DNA of 64,000 nucleotides from an uncultured delta proteobacterium (GCA_963695875.1 CAVOID010000013.1:1-64000); one strand, 5' to 3'; positions 10,636 to 24,156 are shown, numbered from the stretch's first letter. The notes: generated by a model not told the origin, from the letters alone. Numbers and translations are program-made.

Positions 10636-11703
10636 ATGTCTGTAAAGCTTAAGCGACGATCCAAGAAAGCCGGTCTTCCTCCGGGTTCTCTGGTTCATAT
10701 CGGCGAACGGTTGACTGAGAAAACGAAGATCAGCGTTCTCGATTACGATGAGAACCAAGTTAACGAAAGAGAAATCAGGACAGTGGACGAGTTGCGGCAA
10801 TTCAAGGATAGCCCGTCAGTCACATGGATACAAATTAATGGTATTCATGACACCCAGGCACTGGAAGAGCTGGGGACTATATTCGGTTTGCACCCTCTCA
10901 TCATGGAAGACATCCTCAATACAGACCAGCGCCCCAAAATGGAGGACTTCTGCGAGTACATCTATATCGTTCTGAAAGCGTTTTACAATCATGGAGCCGA
11001 TAATTCTCAGATCAATTCGGAGCAGATAAGCATCGTCCTCGGCCCGAAATTTGTCATTTCTTTCCAGGAAAAAGATACGGACATATTTAAACCTATCCGC
11101 GAAAGGATCCGGGCCGGGAAGGGGCGCATGAGAACAACCGGGGCGGATTATCTTGCATATTCGCTCGTCGATACCATTGTTGATAATTATTTTACTATTC
11201 TTGAACAACTCGGTGAAAAAATTGAGGTCATTGAAGAATCGCTCGTTCAAAAACCTTCCACGCAAACCCTGCGTGCCATTCAGAACCTGAAAAGGGAGAT
11301 GATCTTCTTGCGGAAATCCGTCTGGCCCCTGCGTGAAACCATCAGCAACCTTGAACGCACCGGATGTCAGCTGATCCATGAATCCACAAATTTATTCCTG
11401 AAAGACATTTACGATCACACTATCCAGGTGATAGAAACCATAGAGACCTTCCGGGACACACTTTCCGGTGTACTCGACATATATCTCTCGAGTGTCAATA
11501 TCAGAATGAACGAAATCATGAAAGTCCTGACCATCATCGCCACTATATTTATGCCGCTGACATTCCTGGTCGGTGTTTACGGCATGAATTTCAAGTATAT
11601 GCCGGAGCTTGAATGGCACTGGGGATATTTTCTTGTCTGGGGCATTATGATCAGCATTGCCATTTCCATGCTGGTGTATTTCAGGAAAAGAAGGTGGTTT
11701 TAA
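10636..11703 (+). CDS. corA: Magnesium/cobalt transporter CorA
   Basis: KKAGLPPGSL N-terminus, HPLIMEDI..QRPK, YGMNFKYMPEL signature. Confidence 0.97.
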   Translation: MSVKLKRRSKKAGLPPGSLVHIGERLTEKTKISVLDYDENQVNEREIRTVDELRQFKDSPSVTWIQINGIHDTQALEELGTIFGLHPLIMEDILNTDQRPKMEDFCEYIYIVLKAFYNHGADNSQINSEQISIVLGPKFVISFQEKDTDIFKPIRERIRAGKGRMRTTGADYLAYSLVDTIVDNYFTILEQLGEKIEVIEESLVQKPSTQTLRAIQNLKREMIFLRKSVWPLRETISNLERTGCQLIHESTNLFLKDIYDHTIQVIETIETFRDTLSGVLDIYLSSVNIRMNEIMKVLTIIATIFMPLTFLVGVYGMNFKYMPELEWHWGYFLVWGIMISIAISMLVYFRKRRWF

Positions 11704-11755
11704 AAAAGGGAATCCTTATCAAACGCAAGCAGCATATGTTTGATCTATGTGTCGG

Positions 11756-12202
11756 TCATATCATGTAGTTGTCTGAGGCCCGCTTCTCCCTCTTTGTCTT
11801 TTGGCGTTCCGCCATGTCTGCCAGTGTGGTATTCGTCAATATCCGGTCAATGCCATCCGCTATTTCGCTCCACATGTCACGGGCCGAGCATACCGGCACA
11901 CGGTTGCATGTAGACGGTTTCTCCACACAATCCACGAGGCACATGGGCCCTTCCAGCACCTGCAGGATCTCTTTCAGCGTAATCTGGGAGGGAGGTTTCG
12001 CCAGAATGTACCCTCCATGCGCACCTCTTGTTGCCGTCACCAGCCCGGCAGTCTTAAGAGGATTGATCAAATGCCACAGGTACTTCTCAGAAATCTCCTC
12101 ACGTTCGGATATCTCTCTTAACAGGACGGGGACTTCCCCATAGTGGGAAGCCAGATCTATCATGAGCCTTACACCGTAGCGGCCCTTTGTGGATAGCTTC
12201 AT
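11756..12202 (-). CDS. Rrf2 family transcriptional regulator (IscR/CymR-like), paralog 2
   Basis: MKLSTKGRYG, RGAHGGYIL, three Cys (CVEKPSTCNRVPVC). Confidence 0.93.
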   Translation of the reverse strand: MKLSTKGRYGVRLMIDLASHYGEVPVLLREISEREEISEKYLWHLINPLKTAGLVTATRGAHGGYILAKPPSQITLKEILQVLEGPMCLVDCVEKPSTCNRVPVCSARDMWSEIADGIDRILTNTTLADMAERQKTKREKRASDNYMI

Positions 12203-12241
12203 AAATTCACATCAAGACATTCGTCAAAAAATAACGGATAT

Positions 12242-12689
12242 TTATCCTGCGATTTCGATCCTGTCATCTACCTTTATTTCACCGCCAACTAATACTTTTG
12301 CAAAGATCCCCTCACGGGGCATGACACAGTCCCCGACTGTATAAAAAATGTTGCACCGGTCATGACAAACCTTACCGATCTGCGTGACTTCCAGGAGGAC
12401 TTTACTCCCGACTTTTAAACGTGTACCGATGGGAAGCGTTGGCAGATTGATACCTTCCGTGGTCAGATTTTCGGCGAAATCACCATATTTTACGTCGAGG
12501 CCCTTTGCTCTGATTTTTTCGATGCTTTCTTTCGCAAGGAGGCTGACCTGTCGGATACCAATTTCCGCATGGGCGTCGTCTTTCAAGACCGAGGTTTTCT
12601 ATGAACAGTCCGCAGACGATATTCTCCTTTTTTTCACCTTTATTCTGAGAAATATTGACAGCTAGAATCTTCCCGCATATTTTTTCCAT
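12242..12689 (-). CDS. MOSC domain protein; frameshift near 12583
   Basis: GKILAVNISQNKGEKK + DAHA...RQVSLLA...GDFAENL...TQIGKVCHDRC...GDCVMPREGIF. Confidence 0.88.
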
Positions 12690-12703
12690 CTCTTTTATAC
12701 TCC

Positions 12704-13747
12704 CTATGTTCCGGAAATCTTTTTTTCTGACCCGATAAGTAAATTTTCCAACTGTTCAACAGCAAAACGCTCTTCAACGAAAAAAATCCTGTCATCCCCT
12801 TTGATGATCTGTCTCTGTATCGCATACCTTGGCAGCATATCCTGGCTGTACCTCGCGATTATCCTTCCGATCATAATCTCGTAACCTTCGTCCGGCGTCC
12901 CTCTGATGACAGCCGTCGGGCCTCTGAACCCCGAAGGAATGAAAAGTACTGAACCCGGTTTGGTGAGCATCCGGATTTTTTCATTCTCTTCCCTGTTCCT
13001 TCCGACGATTACCTTCAGTGCCGGACTCATACGGAAATGCCGGCCAACCTTCAGAAGGTGCAGGTCTGTCATGTCATAATCCGGTATATGGACAAACAGA
13101 TCACGGAGTCTCGCTGCAATCCCTTTGTCCGTCAGAAGACAGCCGCCCGCCGGACATGGATAGTCTCTGATAGATAATTGTTCTGCCAGGTCGATCTGCA
13201 CCTTCCGCGATCGGCCGGATATGGCGAGCAGTCTCTGTCTATCCACGATACCTTCCTGTTCGGCAATTGTGGGATCGAAATGCTGCGCGGAAAGAGGCCT
13301 TAAAATGACGCCTTCCAATCCGCTTTCCCGTTCAATGAGCCGCAGGGTATTGCGATGCTGTGACATGGGACGCTGACCGAGGACCTCGCCGGTAATGACA
13401 AAAGATGCACCCATCTGCGGGAGCAGCTCTTTTACTTTCCTGAGCATATATATACGACAGTCGATGCAGGGATTCATGCCGCTGCCGTAACCATGCGGCG
13501 GGTGCTCGACCATTTTAATGTAATCCATGCCTTTGTGGATTACACGGAGGGGAACATTGAATTCTTCGGCGACTTTCCCGGCTTGAAACTTGCAACCCGC
13601 TTTTTTAGGGGTACAGTTACAAAAGACGCTGGAAAAGTGGATCGCCGTTATGTCGATTCCCTGATCTATCATTAGCCTGACAGCGAGAGTGCTGTCCAGG
13701 CCGCCGGACAGGAGGGCGATGGCTTTACGATTCATAGGCTCCTTCAA
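12704..13747 (-). CDS. PP-loop tRNA sulfurtransferase-like protein (ThiI-like/DUF814)
   Basis: SGGLDS PP-loop, NPCIDCR, GEVLGQRPMSQ, PAGGCLLTD, GRHFR. Confidence 0.8.
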   Translation of the reverse strand: MKEPMNRKAIALLSGGLDSTLAVRLMIDQGIDITAIHFSSVFCNCTPKKAGCKFQAGKVAEEFNVPLRVIHKGMDYIKMVEHPPHGYGSGMNPCIDCRIYMLRKVKELLPQMGASFVITGEVLGQRPMSQHRNTLRLIERESGLEGVILRPLSAQHFDPTIAEQEGIVDRQRLLAISGRSRKVQIDLAEQLSIRDYPCPAGGCLLTDKGIAARLRDLFVHIPDYDMTDLHLLKVGRHFRMSPALKVIVGRNREENEKIRMLTKPGSVLFIPSGFRGPTAVIRGTPDEGYEIMIGRIIARYSQDMLPRYAIQRQIIKGDDRIFFVEERFAVEQLENLLIGSEKKISGT

Positions 13748-13764
13748 GCAATCGGAGAATGTGT

Positions 13765-14511
13765 CTAGATGCCTGCCCCAACGGAGAATTCCTCCTCCGA
13801 TGAAAAAATACGCATGATCTCCTGCTTCTTTTCTTCAACATACTGATCCAGTTCCACCTTGATTCCCTGCTGCTGTTCGACATCGGCCATTCTCTTTTCC
13901 AGGGTCTCGATCTGTTTACCCAAGAACTTAAAGGCCTCGGCAATAGGATCGGGCAGTTTGTTATCTGTCATTTCCTGGATCTCTTTTCCTGAGAATCCAA
14001 GGCCCAGTCTGGCTGGCACCCCAACGGCTATAGCCTCGGCGGGAACATCGTGGATAACAAGAGATGCGGCCCCGATACGCGCCCCGTCCCCGATGATAAT
14101 GGGTCCCAGGACAATGGTCCCCGCACCGATCATGACATGGTTTCCCACTGTGGGGTGGCGCTTCTTCTTCTGCAGGGTTACTCCTCCCAAAACGACTCCC
14201 TGATAGAGATGAACGTCATCTCCGATTTCCGATGTTTCGCCGATGACGACACCGGAGCCGTGATCGATAAAGAAACGGCGCCCGATTTTCGCACCAGGGT
14301 GTATTTCGATACCCGTGAGAAAGCGGTTCATATGAGAAAGGAATCTGGCGCAGAACAACCATCCATGTAACCAGAGATAGTGGGCGATCCGGTGCATCCA
14401 TATGGCGTGGAGTCCCGGATAACAGGTAAGGACTTCTATAACGCCTCGTGCGGCAGGGTCTTTTCTGAATATTGTCTCTATATCTTCCCTTATGGTTCCA
14501 AAAAATTTCAT
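13765..14511 (-). CDS. cysE: Serine O-acetyltransferase
   Basis: [35 protein letters not shown]. Confidence 0.96.
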   Translation of the reverse strand: MKFFGTIREDIETIFRKDPAARGVIEVLTCYPGLHAIWMHRIAHYLWLHGWLFCARFLSHMNRFLTGIEIHPGAKIGRRFFIDHGSGVVIGETSEIGDDVHLYQGVVLGGVTLQKKKRHPTVGNHVMIGAGTIVLGPIIIGDGARIGAASLVIHDVPAEAIAVGVPARLGLGFSGKEIQEMTDNKLPDPIAEAFKFLGKQIETLEKRMADVEQQQGIKVELDQYVEEKKQEIMRIFSSEEEFSVGAGI

Positions 14512-14643
14512 CTTTAAGAATGTTCCTTTAACGAAAATAATTAATCAGATGAAGCGACCAACTTACAAGGCTACCGGACAGACGAGACGCCTGTGCTATA
14601 GGTAAATGATGCATTTATGGGACGGGCATTACGCCTATCCGTA

Positions 14644-15621
14644 TCACTCTATAATTTCTGTAACGGTAAATCCCGCCTGTTTAATCATGTCCATGTCGGC
14701 CTGATACCCCTGCCCGGACGTTGTCAGGTAGCCCACGGTAAACATCGAATTGGCGGCATAGAGAGACAATACCTGCATACTGCCGATACATGCCTCCCGT
14801 CCCCCGGCAATGCGGATCTCCCTGTCCGGATTCACAAAACGGAACATCGCGAGCGTCCGGAGACAGTCTGCCGGCGTCAGCCTGGGAAGCCCTTCCAGCG
14901 GCGTACCCGGGCGTGGGTCAAGGAAATTAACAGGTATGGAATCCGCATCCAACTCACGCAACGCAAACGCCAGATCAACCCTGTCTTGTAAATTTTCTCC
15001 CATACCGATAAGTCCCCCACTGCACAGCTCAAGACCGGCTGCTTTAGCGGTCTTTGCCGTTGCAACTCGGTCGGAGAAGTCATGAGTGGTGCAGAAAGAA
15101 GAATAGAAACGCTCCGAACTCTCCAGGTTGTGATTATACCGGTCGACTCCGGCGTTCTTTAGTCGCTTTGCCTGCTCCTCCGACAATAGTCCTAAGGAGG
15201 TACATATCTGTACGGGCACTTCACGTTTGATTTGCCGGGCGGCTTCACAGATTGTATCAAGGTCTTTCTCTGAAGGAGTCCGTCCGCTGGTTACAATGCA
15301 GTATCGCACAGCCGTCAACTTGTGAGCCTCCCGCGCTCCTTCCAGAATCTGTCTAACCGACTGCATCGGGTATTTTGGTATTTCACTATCTGATACGGCC
15401 GACTGGCTGCAAAACGAGCAGTTTTCACTGCACAACCCACTCTTGGCGTTCCGAATGACGTGAATGCTGACACCGCGCCCGAAGTAGTGGCGGCGAATCG
15501 TAAATGCCGCATCCAGAACGGCCAGAAGATCGTCATCCGAAGATTCCATAATGGCAAGCGCCTCGTCATGCATCAGCGACCCGCCCGTCAATACACGCTT
15601 ACTCAGTTCATTCCATTTCAT
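14644..15621 (-). CDS. bioB: Biotin synthase
   Basis: NAKSGLCSENCSFCSQS radical SAM motif, YNHNLE, CSGGLIGMGE, IAGGRE. Confidence 0.96.
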   Translation of the reverse strand: MKWNELSKRVLTGGSLMHDEALAIMESSDDDLLAVLDAAFTIRRHYFGRGVSIHVIRNAKSGLCSENCSFCSQSAVSDSEIPKYPMQSVRQILEGAREAHKLTAVRYCIVTSGRTPSEKDLDTICEAARQIKREVPVQICTSLGLLSEEQAKRLKNAGVDRYNHNLESSERFYSSFCTTHDFSDRVATAKTAKAAGLELCSGGLIGMGENLQDRVDLAFALRELDADSIPVNFLDPRPGTPLEGLPRLTPADCLRTLAMFRFVNPDREIRIAGGREACIGSMQVLSLYAANSMFTVGYLTTSGQGYQADMDMIKQAGFTVTEIIE

Positions 15622-15626
15622 ACTGC

Positions 15627-16231
15627 TTACATATTTCCTTTCGTTAAAACAAAAATTGCATTCAAGGCCAACAGATTCGGCCAGAAATGCACAATTTCTT
15701 TTTCTCCCAGATAATGGGCTTCCACGATCCGGATATTTTTTTCCGCACAGAAGTCCTTAAAATCCGTGATGCTTAAAAAGCGCACGTTGGGTGTATCAAA
15801 CCAGAGATAGGGCAATGATTCCGTAATAGGTGACCTGCCCTGGAAAAAAAGCATCAGCCGTGATTTGATATAAGCGAAGTTGGGAAACCCGACAATAACC
15901 TTGTTGCCGATACGCAGGGCTTCATGGATGACAAAATCAACGTTCTTAACCTCCTGCATGCTCTGGTTCAGATATCACGTAATCAAAGGAATTATCCGGA
16001 TATTCCCGCAAGCTGTGCTCAATGTCGTCGTGAAAAACACTCAGGCCCTTTCTTGACACACTCCTGAATGGCCTTATCGTCCAGTTCAATCCCCTGGGCC
16101 CGGACCTGTTTATCCCGGACGAGGGGATACAGAAGATCACCTTCGCCGCAACCCAGGTCAAGAACACGGGATTTAGGCTCGATGATCGAATAAATTATTC
16201 GGTGATCCAGACGAATGTTTTCAGATGCCAT
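15627..16231 (-). CDS. metW: Methionine biosynthesis protein MetW; frameshifts near 16045 and 15970
   Basis: RLDHRII, VLDLGCGEG, VGFPNFAY, WFDTPNVRF; follows metX. Confidence 0.9.
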
Positions 16232-17386
16232 AACCGCTCACCACCAGATACCCGTTGAAGGTCTTGTCCAGAAAATGTTTGATCAGGGTTGTCTGCTCCT
16301 CCACCTCTACCAGAAAAGCATCATGACCATAGGTGGACTTCAATTCACAGTATGTTGCATCAACGTGCCTTCTCTTCAATAGCCGTACTATCTCCTGTGA
16401 CTGATAGGATGGATAGAGCCAGTCTGACTTAAAGGAGATGATCAGAAAGCGCGTGCTGATTGCCTTCCCGGGCGGGATCATTCTCCCCCCCGACAGATCA
16501 AAGTAATCTATCGCCTTCGTTATATAGAGATAGGAATTGGCATCGAAGCGCTTCACGAAGTTGGCGCCGCGGTAATGCAGATATCCTTCCACTTCAAAAT
16601 CGGTGTCAAATCCGAAGCTGAAACGCCCGCTTTTCAACCGCCGGGAAAATTTCTCCTCCATGGACTGATCGCTCATGAAGGTAATGTGGCCGATCATGCG
16701 CGCCACTGCCAGCCCCTTCTCCGGCTGGCCGTACTCATAGTAATTCCCTTCCCGCCAGGCCGGATCAGCCATGATGGACTGTCTGACCACTTCGTTAAAG
16801 GCAATCTGCTGGGGAGAGTGTTTCAGCGCCGTGGCAATGGGGATGGCGGACTCGCACCCGCTCCGGGTAAGAGGCAACCCACTGAAGGACCTGCATGCCA
16901 CCCATGGAGCCGCCCGTCACACACAGCAGTTTGTCAATTCCGAGAAAATCGATGAGATGCCGCTGGGCATGAACCATATCGGCGATGGTAATAAATGGGA
17001 AATCCAGGGCGTAGGGTTTTCCTGTCGCCGGGTTTATGGAAGAAGGACCCGTGGAACCCTTGCAGCCTCCGATGACATTCGAGCAGATGACAAAATACCG
17101 GTCCGTATCAAAGGCCTTGCCCGGACCGATCATATCGTCCCACCAGCCTGTATTGTCCTGATCCCTGTGAACACCTGCTGCATGGGCATCCCCGGAAAGG
17201 GCATGCAGCGCCAATATCGCATTCGATCTTATCTTTGTTCAACTTTCCGTATGTCTCATAGGCGAGGGTGATCGGTCCCAGCTTTTCCCCGCTTTCAAGT
17301 TTATGTTCCTTGCCCGGTCCGGCATAGGTGTAATACTGCGTTTCCACGACACCAACCGAGTTGCTCTTTATCGTATCGTTACTCAT
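16221..17386 (-). CDS. metX: Homoserine O-acetyltransferase; frameshifts near 17225 and 16860
   Basis: [49 protein letters not shown]. Confidence 0.93.
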
Positions 17387-17398
17387 TTGTATTTTAAA

Positions 17399-17430
17399 AA
17401 TCCACCTCAATCCCCCTTTACAAAGGGGAA
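17399..17430. repeat. Solo copy of the CCCCCTTT-nnn-AAAGGGG REP-like repeat
   Basis: aatccacctcaatccccctttacaaaggggaa resembles 62922-62954. Confidence 0.55.
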
Positions 17431-17442
17431 GGATACAACTTA

Positions 17443-19688
<2,246 letters not shown>

Positions 19689-19790
19689 CTATCCTTTCAC
19701 CTGAAAATGCCTTTCTCCCTTGCCCTTCCAGCGAGCAGAGGGAATGTAAAATTCTTCACAATTACACGCTAAGCTGGGAGTCAATTGTTC

Positions 19791-20693
19791 TTAATGGTCA
19801 AGCATTATCTTGAGACTCTTTTTTGCTTTCTCTATTACATCCGGTGGCACGATAACCTCGTGCTGCATTTCTTCGAAGGACCATAAGACCTTCTCCAGAG
19901 TCGTCAATTTCATGTTCGGACATACTGCCCGCTCCGAGGCTGGATAAAAGAATTTATCGGGATTCTCCTTCTTCAAGCGATGAAGAATGCCGACTTCCGT
20001 CCCTATGATAAATTCTTTCGCTTTCGATTCCTTGACATACCGGCACATACCCTCCGTTGAGAGGACCTTATCAGCAAGACTAGTAACAGCGGGCGTACAT
20101 TCCGGATGTACTATGACCTCTGCTCCCTGATGAAGCGCCCTCTTCATGGCAATATCTTCCGGCAGTATCTTCACATGCGTCGGGCAATAACCCTTCCAGG
20201 AAATAAAGTCCCGACCGACCTGAGTTGATATGTAATGGGCAAGATACTGATCAGGAGCAAAAATTATCTCATCATCACTACGAAAAGCCTCCCGGACGAT
20301 CCGCTCGGCATTCCCTGATGTACAGCAGACATCACACTCAGCCTTAACATCTGCCGTCGTGTTCACATAGCACAGAGCCTTTGCCAGGGGATGCTCCCTT
20401 TTCAGCTTCCGGAGCTCTTCGGCTGTAATCATATCCGCCATGGGACAGCCCGCCTTCTTGTCCGGGATGAGAACAGTCTTCTCCGGCGAAAGTATCTTCG
20501 CCGTCTCTGCCATAAAATAGACACCACAGAATACGATGACATCCGCGGTTGTCTTCGATGCCTGAATGCTCAATCCCAGGGAATCGCCCACGTAGTCTGC
20601 GATGTCCTGAACTTCCGGTATCTGATAGTTGTGCGCCAGGATGACGGCATTTTTCTCTTTTCTAAATCGATTGATCTTTTCAACAAGTTCCAT
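19791..20693 (-). CDS. nadA: Quinolinate synthase
   Basis: ILAHNYQ, FCGVYFMAE, AGCPMA, GYCPTH, HPEC, CPNMK. Confidence 0.96.
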   Translation of the reverse strand: MELVEKINRFRKEKNAVILAHNYQIPEVQDIADYVGDSLGLSIQASKTTADVIVFCGVYFMAETAKILSPEKTVLIPDKKAGCPMADMITAEELRKLKREHPLAKALCYVNTTADVKAECDVCCTSGNAERIVREAFRSDDEIIFAPDQYLAHYISTQVGRDFISWKGYCPTHVKILPEDIAMKRALHQGAEVIVHPECTPAVTSLADKVLSTEGMCRYVKESKAKEFIIGTEVGILHRLKKENPDKFFYPASERAVCPNMKLTTLEKVLWSFEEMQHEVIVPPDVIEKAKKSLKIMLDH

Positions 20694-21744
20694 GCATAAC
20701 CTCTTCTATGACTCCCCCTCCCAGGACACGGTCATTCTCATAAAAAACCACGGCCTGACCGGGGGTGATTGCCTCCTGTTCTTCGGCAAATGTTACTCTG
20801 ATTCTGTCGTTCTCAGGAGTTAACCCGCAGGGCGCTTCTTTCTTCCGGTACCTGATCTTGGCATAAACTTCACGGGGCCATGCTTCAGCAAGCATATTCA
20901 AATCTCCGGCAATAAGCCCCTTCGCTTTTAAGTCTTTCTTTTCGCCTACGACAATCTCATTCTTATCGGGATTAATGGAAACAACGTACAATGGCGTTTT
21001 ATGACTGATACCCAGGCCGCCCCGCTGTCCGATGGTATAAAATATGATCCCCCGATGCTCTCCCAGAATCTTCCCCTGAATATCTACTATCAAGCCGGGA
21101 CTTAATCCCTTTACCCGTCCCGACAGAAATGCCTGATAATTTTTCTGCGTCACAAAACAGATATCCTGGCTCTCCTGTTTCTCCGCGACGGGCAAAGTAT
21201 ATTTTTTTGCCATGTCCCTTACTTCATCCTTGGTCAGAGATGCAAGGGGAAACAGTATGGTACCCAGATCATCGTAAGGAATAGGATAAAGAAAGTATGT
21301 CTGATCCTTTTTCTTATCCCTCGGCCTTTTCAGACAATAGCCGGCGCCATTTTGTTCAATGGCTGCATAATGCCCGGTCGCCAGGAAATCAAACCCAAGA
21401 ATTTTCGCCTTTTGTAAAAGAGTACCGAATTTCAGGTAACGGTTACAATCGACGCAGGGGTTCGGTGTCCTGCCTTTAGCATACTCGCCAATGAATTTTG
21501 CTATAACCATCTCCTCCAGTTGATCTGCATAATCAAAAACATAGTGAGAGATTTTCAGCCGGTCACAGACCCTTTTTGCATCATCGACAGCAGCGGGGCC
21601 GCAGCATCTGACGCGGTCTCCCTCGTCCCTGATGCCAAAACACATGGTCACCCCGGAAACATCATACCCTTCATTTTTCAGCAGCATGGCCGCAACCGAT
21701 GAGTCTACCCCACCGCTCATGGCCACTAAAACTTTTTTACTCAT
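20680..21744 (-). CDS. mnmA: tRNA 2-thiouridine(34) synthase
   Basis: AMSGGVDSS, GRTPNPCVDCN, ATGHY, KDQTYFL, ESQDICF, TPGQ. Confidence 0.96.
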   Translation of the reverse strand: MSKKVLVAMSGGVDSSVAAMLLKNEGYDVSGVTMCFGIRDEGDRVRCCGPAAVDDAKRVCDRLKISHYVFDYADQLEEMVIAKFIGEYAKGRTPNPCVDCNRYLKFGTLLQKAKILGFDFLATGHYAAIEQNGAGYCLKRPRDKKKDQTYFLYPIPYDDLGTILFPLASLTKDEVRDMAKKYTLPVAEKQESQDICFVTQKNYQAFLSGRVKGLSPGLIVDIQGKILGEHRGIIFYTIGQRGGLGISHKTPLYVVSINPDKNEIVVGEKKDLKAKGLIAGDLNMLAEAWPREVYAKIRYRKKEAPCGLTPENDRIRVTFAEEQEAITPGQAVVFYENDRVLGGGVIEEVMHGTC

Positions 21745-21802
21745 TTTTGCCCTTGCCAGCAGTTCAAACAGCACCTTTTAATACAGGGTTACTTAAATAG
21801 TA

Positions 21803-21885
21803 TGTCATTTCAACCGACGGGAGAAATCCTTGCATTCGTTCGGTATGACAACTAGATAAGATTTCTCGCTACGCCCGAAATGACA
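21803..21885. repeat. Palindromic REP-like element (TGTCATTTC...GAAATGACA)
   Basis: 9-bp terminal inverted repeat with inner GAGAAATC/GATTTCTC arms. Confidence 0.65.
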
Positions 21886-21900
21886 GTATTGCTAAGTTAT

Positions 21901-22311
21901 TTAGGAAATAGCCCCCTTAACCGCTTTTCCGGATGCGGCTTTTTTAGAACGCTTTCGATAATCATCAAGGGCCTTTTTCAACGCTTCTTCCGCCAGAACG
22001 GAGCAGTGCATCTTAATGGGCGGCAGTCCCCCCAACGCTTCCGCAACGGCCCGATTGGATATCTTCAGGGCATCTTCAACTGTCTTGTTTTTCACCAGTT
22101 CCGTAACCATGGAACTCGTGGCAATAGCCGCACCGCAGCCGAAGGTCTTGAACTTTGCGTCGATAATAACACCATCTTTAACCTTTATATACAGCTCCAT
22201 AATATCACCGCAAACAGGGTTACCCACTTTTCCCACCCCATCGGGATTTTCAATTTCTCCGACATTTCTTGGATTCCGGAAATGCTCCATAACCTTTTCA
22301 CTGTACTCCAT
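21901..22311 (-). CDS. nifU: Fe-S cluster scaffold NifU/IscU
   Basis: YSEKVMEHFRNPRNVG, GNPVCGD, FGCGAAIA, KMHCS. Confidence 0.96.
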   Translation of the reverse strand: MEYSEKVMEHFRNPRNVGEIENPDGVGKVGNPVCGDIMELYIKVKDGVIIDAKFKTFGCGAAIATSSMVTELVKNKTVEDALKISNRAVAEALGGLPPIKMHCSVLAEEALKKALDDYRKRSKKAASGKAVKGAIS

Positions 22312-22315
22312 TTTC

Positions 22316-23485
22316 TTACTTTACCTCCTTTTTGTATAGAGGAGACATAGAACGCAGTTTACCGACAATACCAGGCAGGACCCCAAGAACGTAATCGATG
22401 TCGTCCTCTAAGGTCTGTCTCCCCATGGAGAATCTCAATGATCCGTGGGCAAGCTCATGAGAAAGCCCGATGGCCGAAAGCACATGAGATGGCTCCAGAG
22501 ACGATGAGGTACAAGCTGAACCAGTCGAACAGGCGATCCCTTCCATATCCAGATTCAGGAGCATGGATTCACCCTCTACATATGAAATGGAAACATTGAC
22601 GTTATTCGGCAGCCTCTGCGTAGGATGACCATTCAAGCGGGTAAATTCGATTGTCTTAAGAATACCCTTGATCAACTTATCACGCAGGAAAGTCAGCTTC
22701 TCAATCTCTTTCCCCCTTTCCTCCTTCGCCAGCTCTACGGCTCTTCCAAAACCTACGATCCCCGGCACATTATGAGTGGACGCCCGGCGGCCCTGTTCAT
22801 GATCGCCGCCATGCATGAAGGGCAGCATTCGTACCCCTTTTCTGACATACAGGATCCCGACACCTTTAGGACCGTACAGTTTGTGTCCGGAGGCGCTGAG
22901 AATATCCACGTTCAGCTCATCGACATCTACCGGGAGATGGCCAAGCGTCTGAACAGCGTCGGTATGAAAATATACGTCTCTGCCCCTGGCAAGTTTCCCG
23001 ATCTCGGCAATGGGCTCGATTGTTCCGATTTCATTATTGGCATGCATGATGGAAATCAGAATCGTCTTGTCCGTAATTGCCTTTTTCACGTCCGCGGGAT
23101 CGACAAGGCCATATTTATCAACGGGAATCAAGGTAACTTTAAACCCCTGTTTCTCCAGAAAATGGCATGGCTCCAAAACAGCGTGGTGTTCTATCTTCGA
23201 CGTTATGATATGGTTCCCCTTCTCACGCCGGGCGAAAGCCACGCCTTTAATCGTAAAATTGTTGCTTTCCGTCCCACCGCTTGTAAAGACAATTTCTTCC
23301 GGCTTTGCCCCGATAAAAGCAGCAACAATATGACGTGCCTCTTCTATGGCGTGCTTCGCCCCCTGACCGAAAGCATGGAGACTTGATGGATTCCCATAGA
23401 CCTCTGTGAAGTAGGGCAACATGGCCTGCACCACCCGGGGATCTGTGGGCGTTGTCGCCGCATTATCCAGGTATATCCTTTTCAT
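22316..23485 (-). CDS. nifS: Cysteine desulfurase NifS/IscS (group I)
   Basis: YLDNAATT, SGHKLYGPKG, STGSACTS. Confidence 0.96.
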   Translation of the reverse strand: MKRIYLDNAATTPTDPRVVQAMLPYFTEVYGNPSSLHAFGQGAKHAIEEARHIVAAFIGAKPEEIVFTSGGTESNNFTIKGVAFARREKGNHIITSKIEHHAVLEPCHFLEKQGFKVTLIPVDKYGLVDPADVKKAITDKTILISIMHANNEIGTIEPIAEIGKLARGRDVYFHTDAVQTLGHLPVDVDELNVDILSASGHKLYGPKGVGILYVRKGVRMLPFMHGGDHEQGRRASTHNVPGIVGFGRAVELAKEERGKEIEKLTFLRDKLIKGILKTIEFTRLNGHPTQRLPNNVNVSISYVEGESMLLNLDMEGIACSTGSACTSSSLEPSHVLSAIGLSHELAHGSLRFSMGRQTLEDDIDYVLGVLPGIVGKLRSMSPLYKKEVK

Positions 23486-23560
23486 TTTACGTTCCTCATC
23501 ATCGATGATCCGAAACCAAACCCTCTTTTCTTCTTTGGGCCGTTTTTATTTCACTCCTTT

Positions 23561-24001
23561 TCAAATATTATGCATCATGGTCTTTTCAACTTTTTCCTGA
23601 TTCATTTTGACCAGCGTCTCCAGGGTGATCGAACTCAGGGTCTCCGAAATTTTTCCGCCTATAATCGCCCAGACATCACGGCTTACACAGATCGGAACCC
23701 TCGGACACGTTGAAGGATTCTTGATACAACCCACAAGTGAGGAATCTCCATCCAAAACATCCATGATCTCTTTCAAGGTGATCTGCGATGGTTCCCTGCC
23801 GAGGCTGTATCCCCCATAAGCCCCCCTGCTGGAATTGACCAGACCGACTCCCCTCAGGGGTATGATGATCAAACTCAAGTACTTTTCGGAAATGTTTTCC
23901 CCTTTGGCGATATCTTTAAGAAATACCGGGCCTTTGCCATAATTAATAGCCAGTACAATCATCAATCTGACTCCATACTGTGCTCTCGTGGAAAGTTTCA
24001 T
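23561..24001 (-). CDS. Rrf2 family transcriptional regulator (IscR-like), paralog 1
   Basis: Start MKLSTRAQYG at 24001; RGAYGGY; three Cys (CIKNPSTCPRVPIC); heads the nifS-nifU run. Confidence 0.93.
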   Translation of the reverse strand: MKLSTRAQYGVRLMIVLAINYGKGPVFLKDIAKGENISEKYLSLIIIPLRGVGLVNSSRGAYGGYSLGREPSQITLKEIMDVLDGDSSLVGCIKNPSTCPRVPICVSRDVWAIIGGKISETLSSITLETLVKMNQEKVEKTMMHNI

Positions 24002-24019
24002 AGCGATCCTCAAATACAA

Positions 24020-24151
24020 TAGAGACCTTGAAAACTCTTCAAAGGCCTCTAAATTTGGTACGGACAAATTTTATAATTCTAAGAAATAAAATATTTATTC
24101 AATAATTATGAATAGTTAACCACTCCAGAGGAGACCTTTCTCCAAGGTCTC
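24020..24151. mobile_element. Degenerate miniature element(s) with GAGACCTT/AAGGTCTC ends in the rrf2 5' region
   Basis: Hairpins 24020-24051 and 24131-24151 share the end sequence of the element at 45158-45292. Confidence 0.5.
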
Positions 24152-24156
24152 AATCA

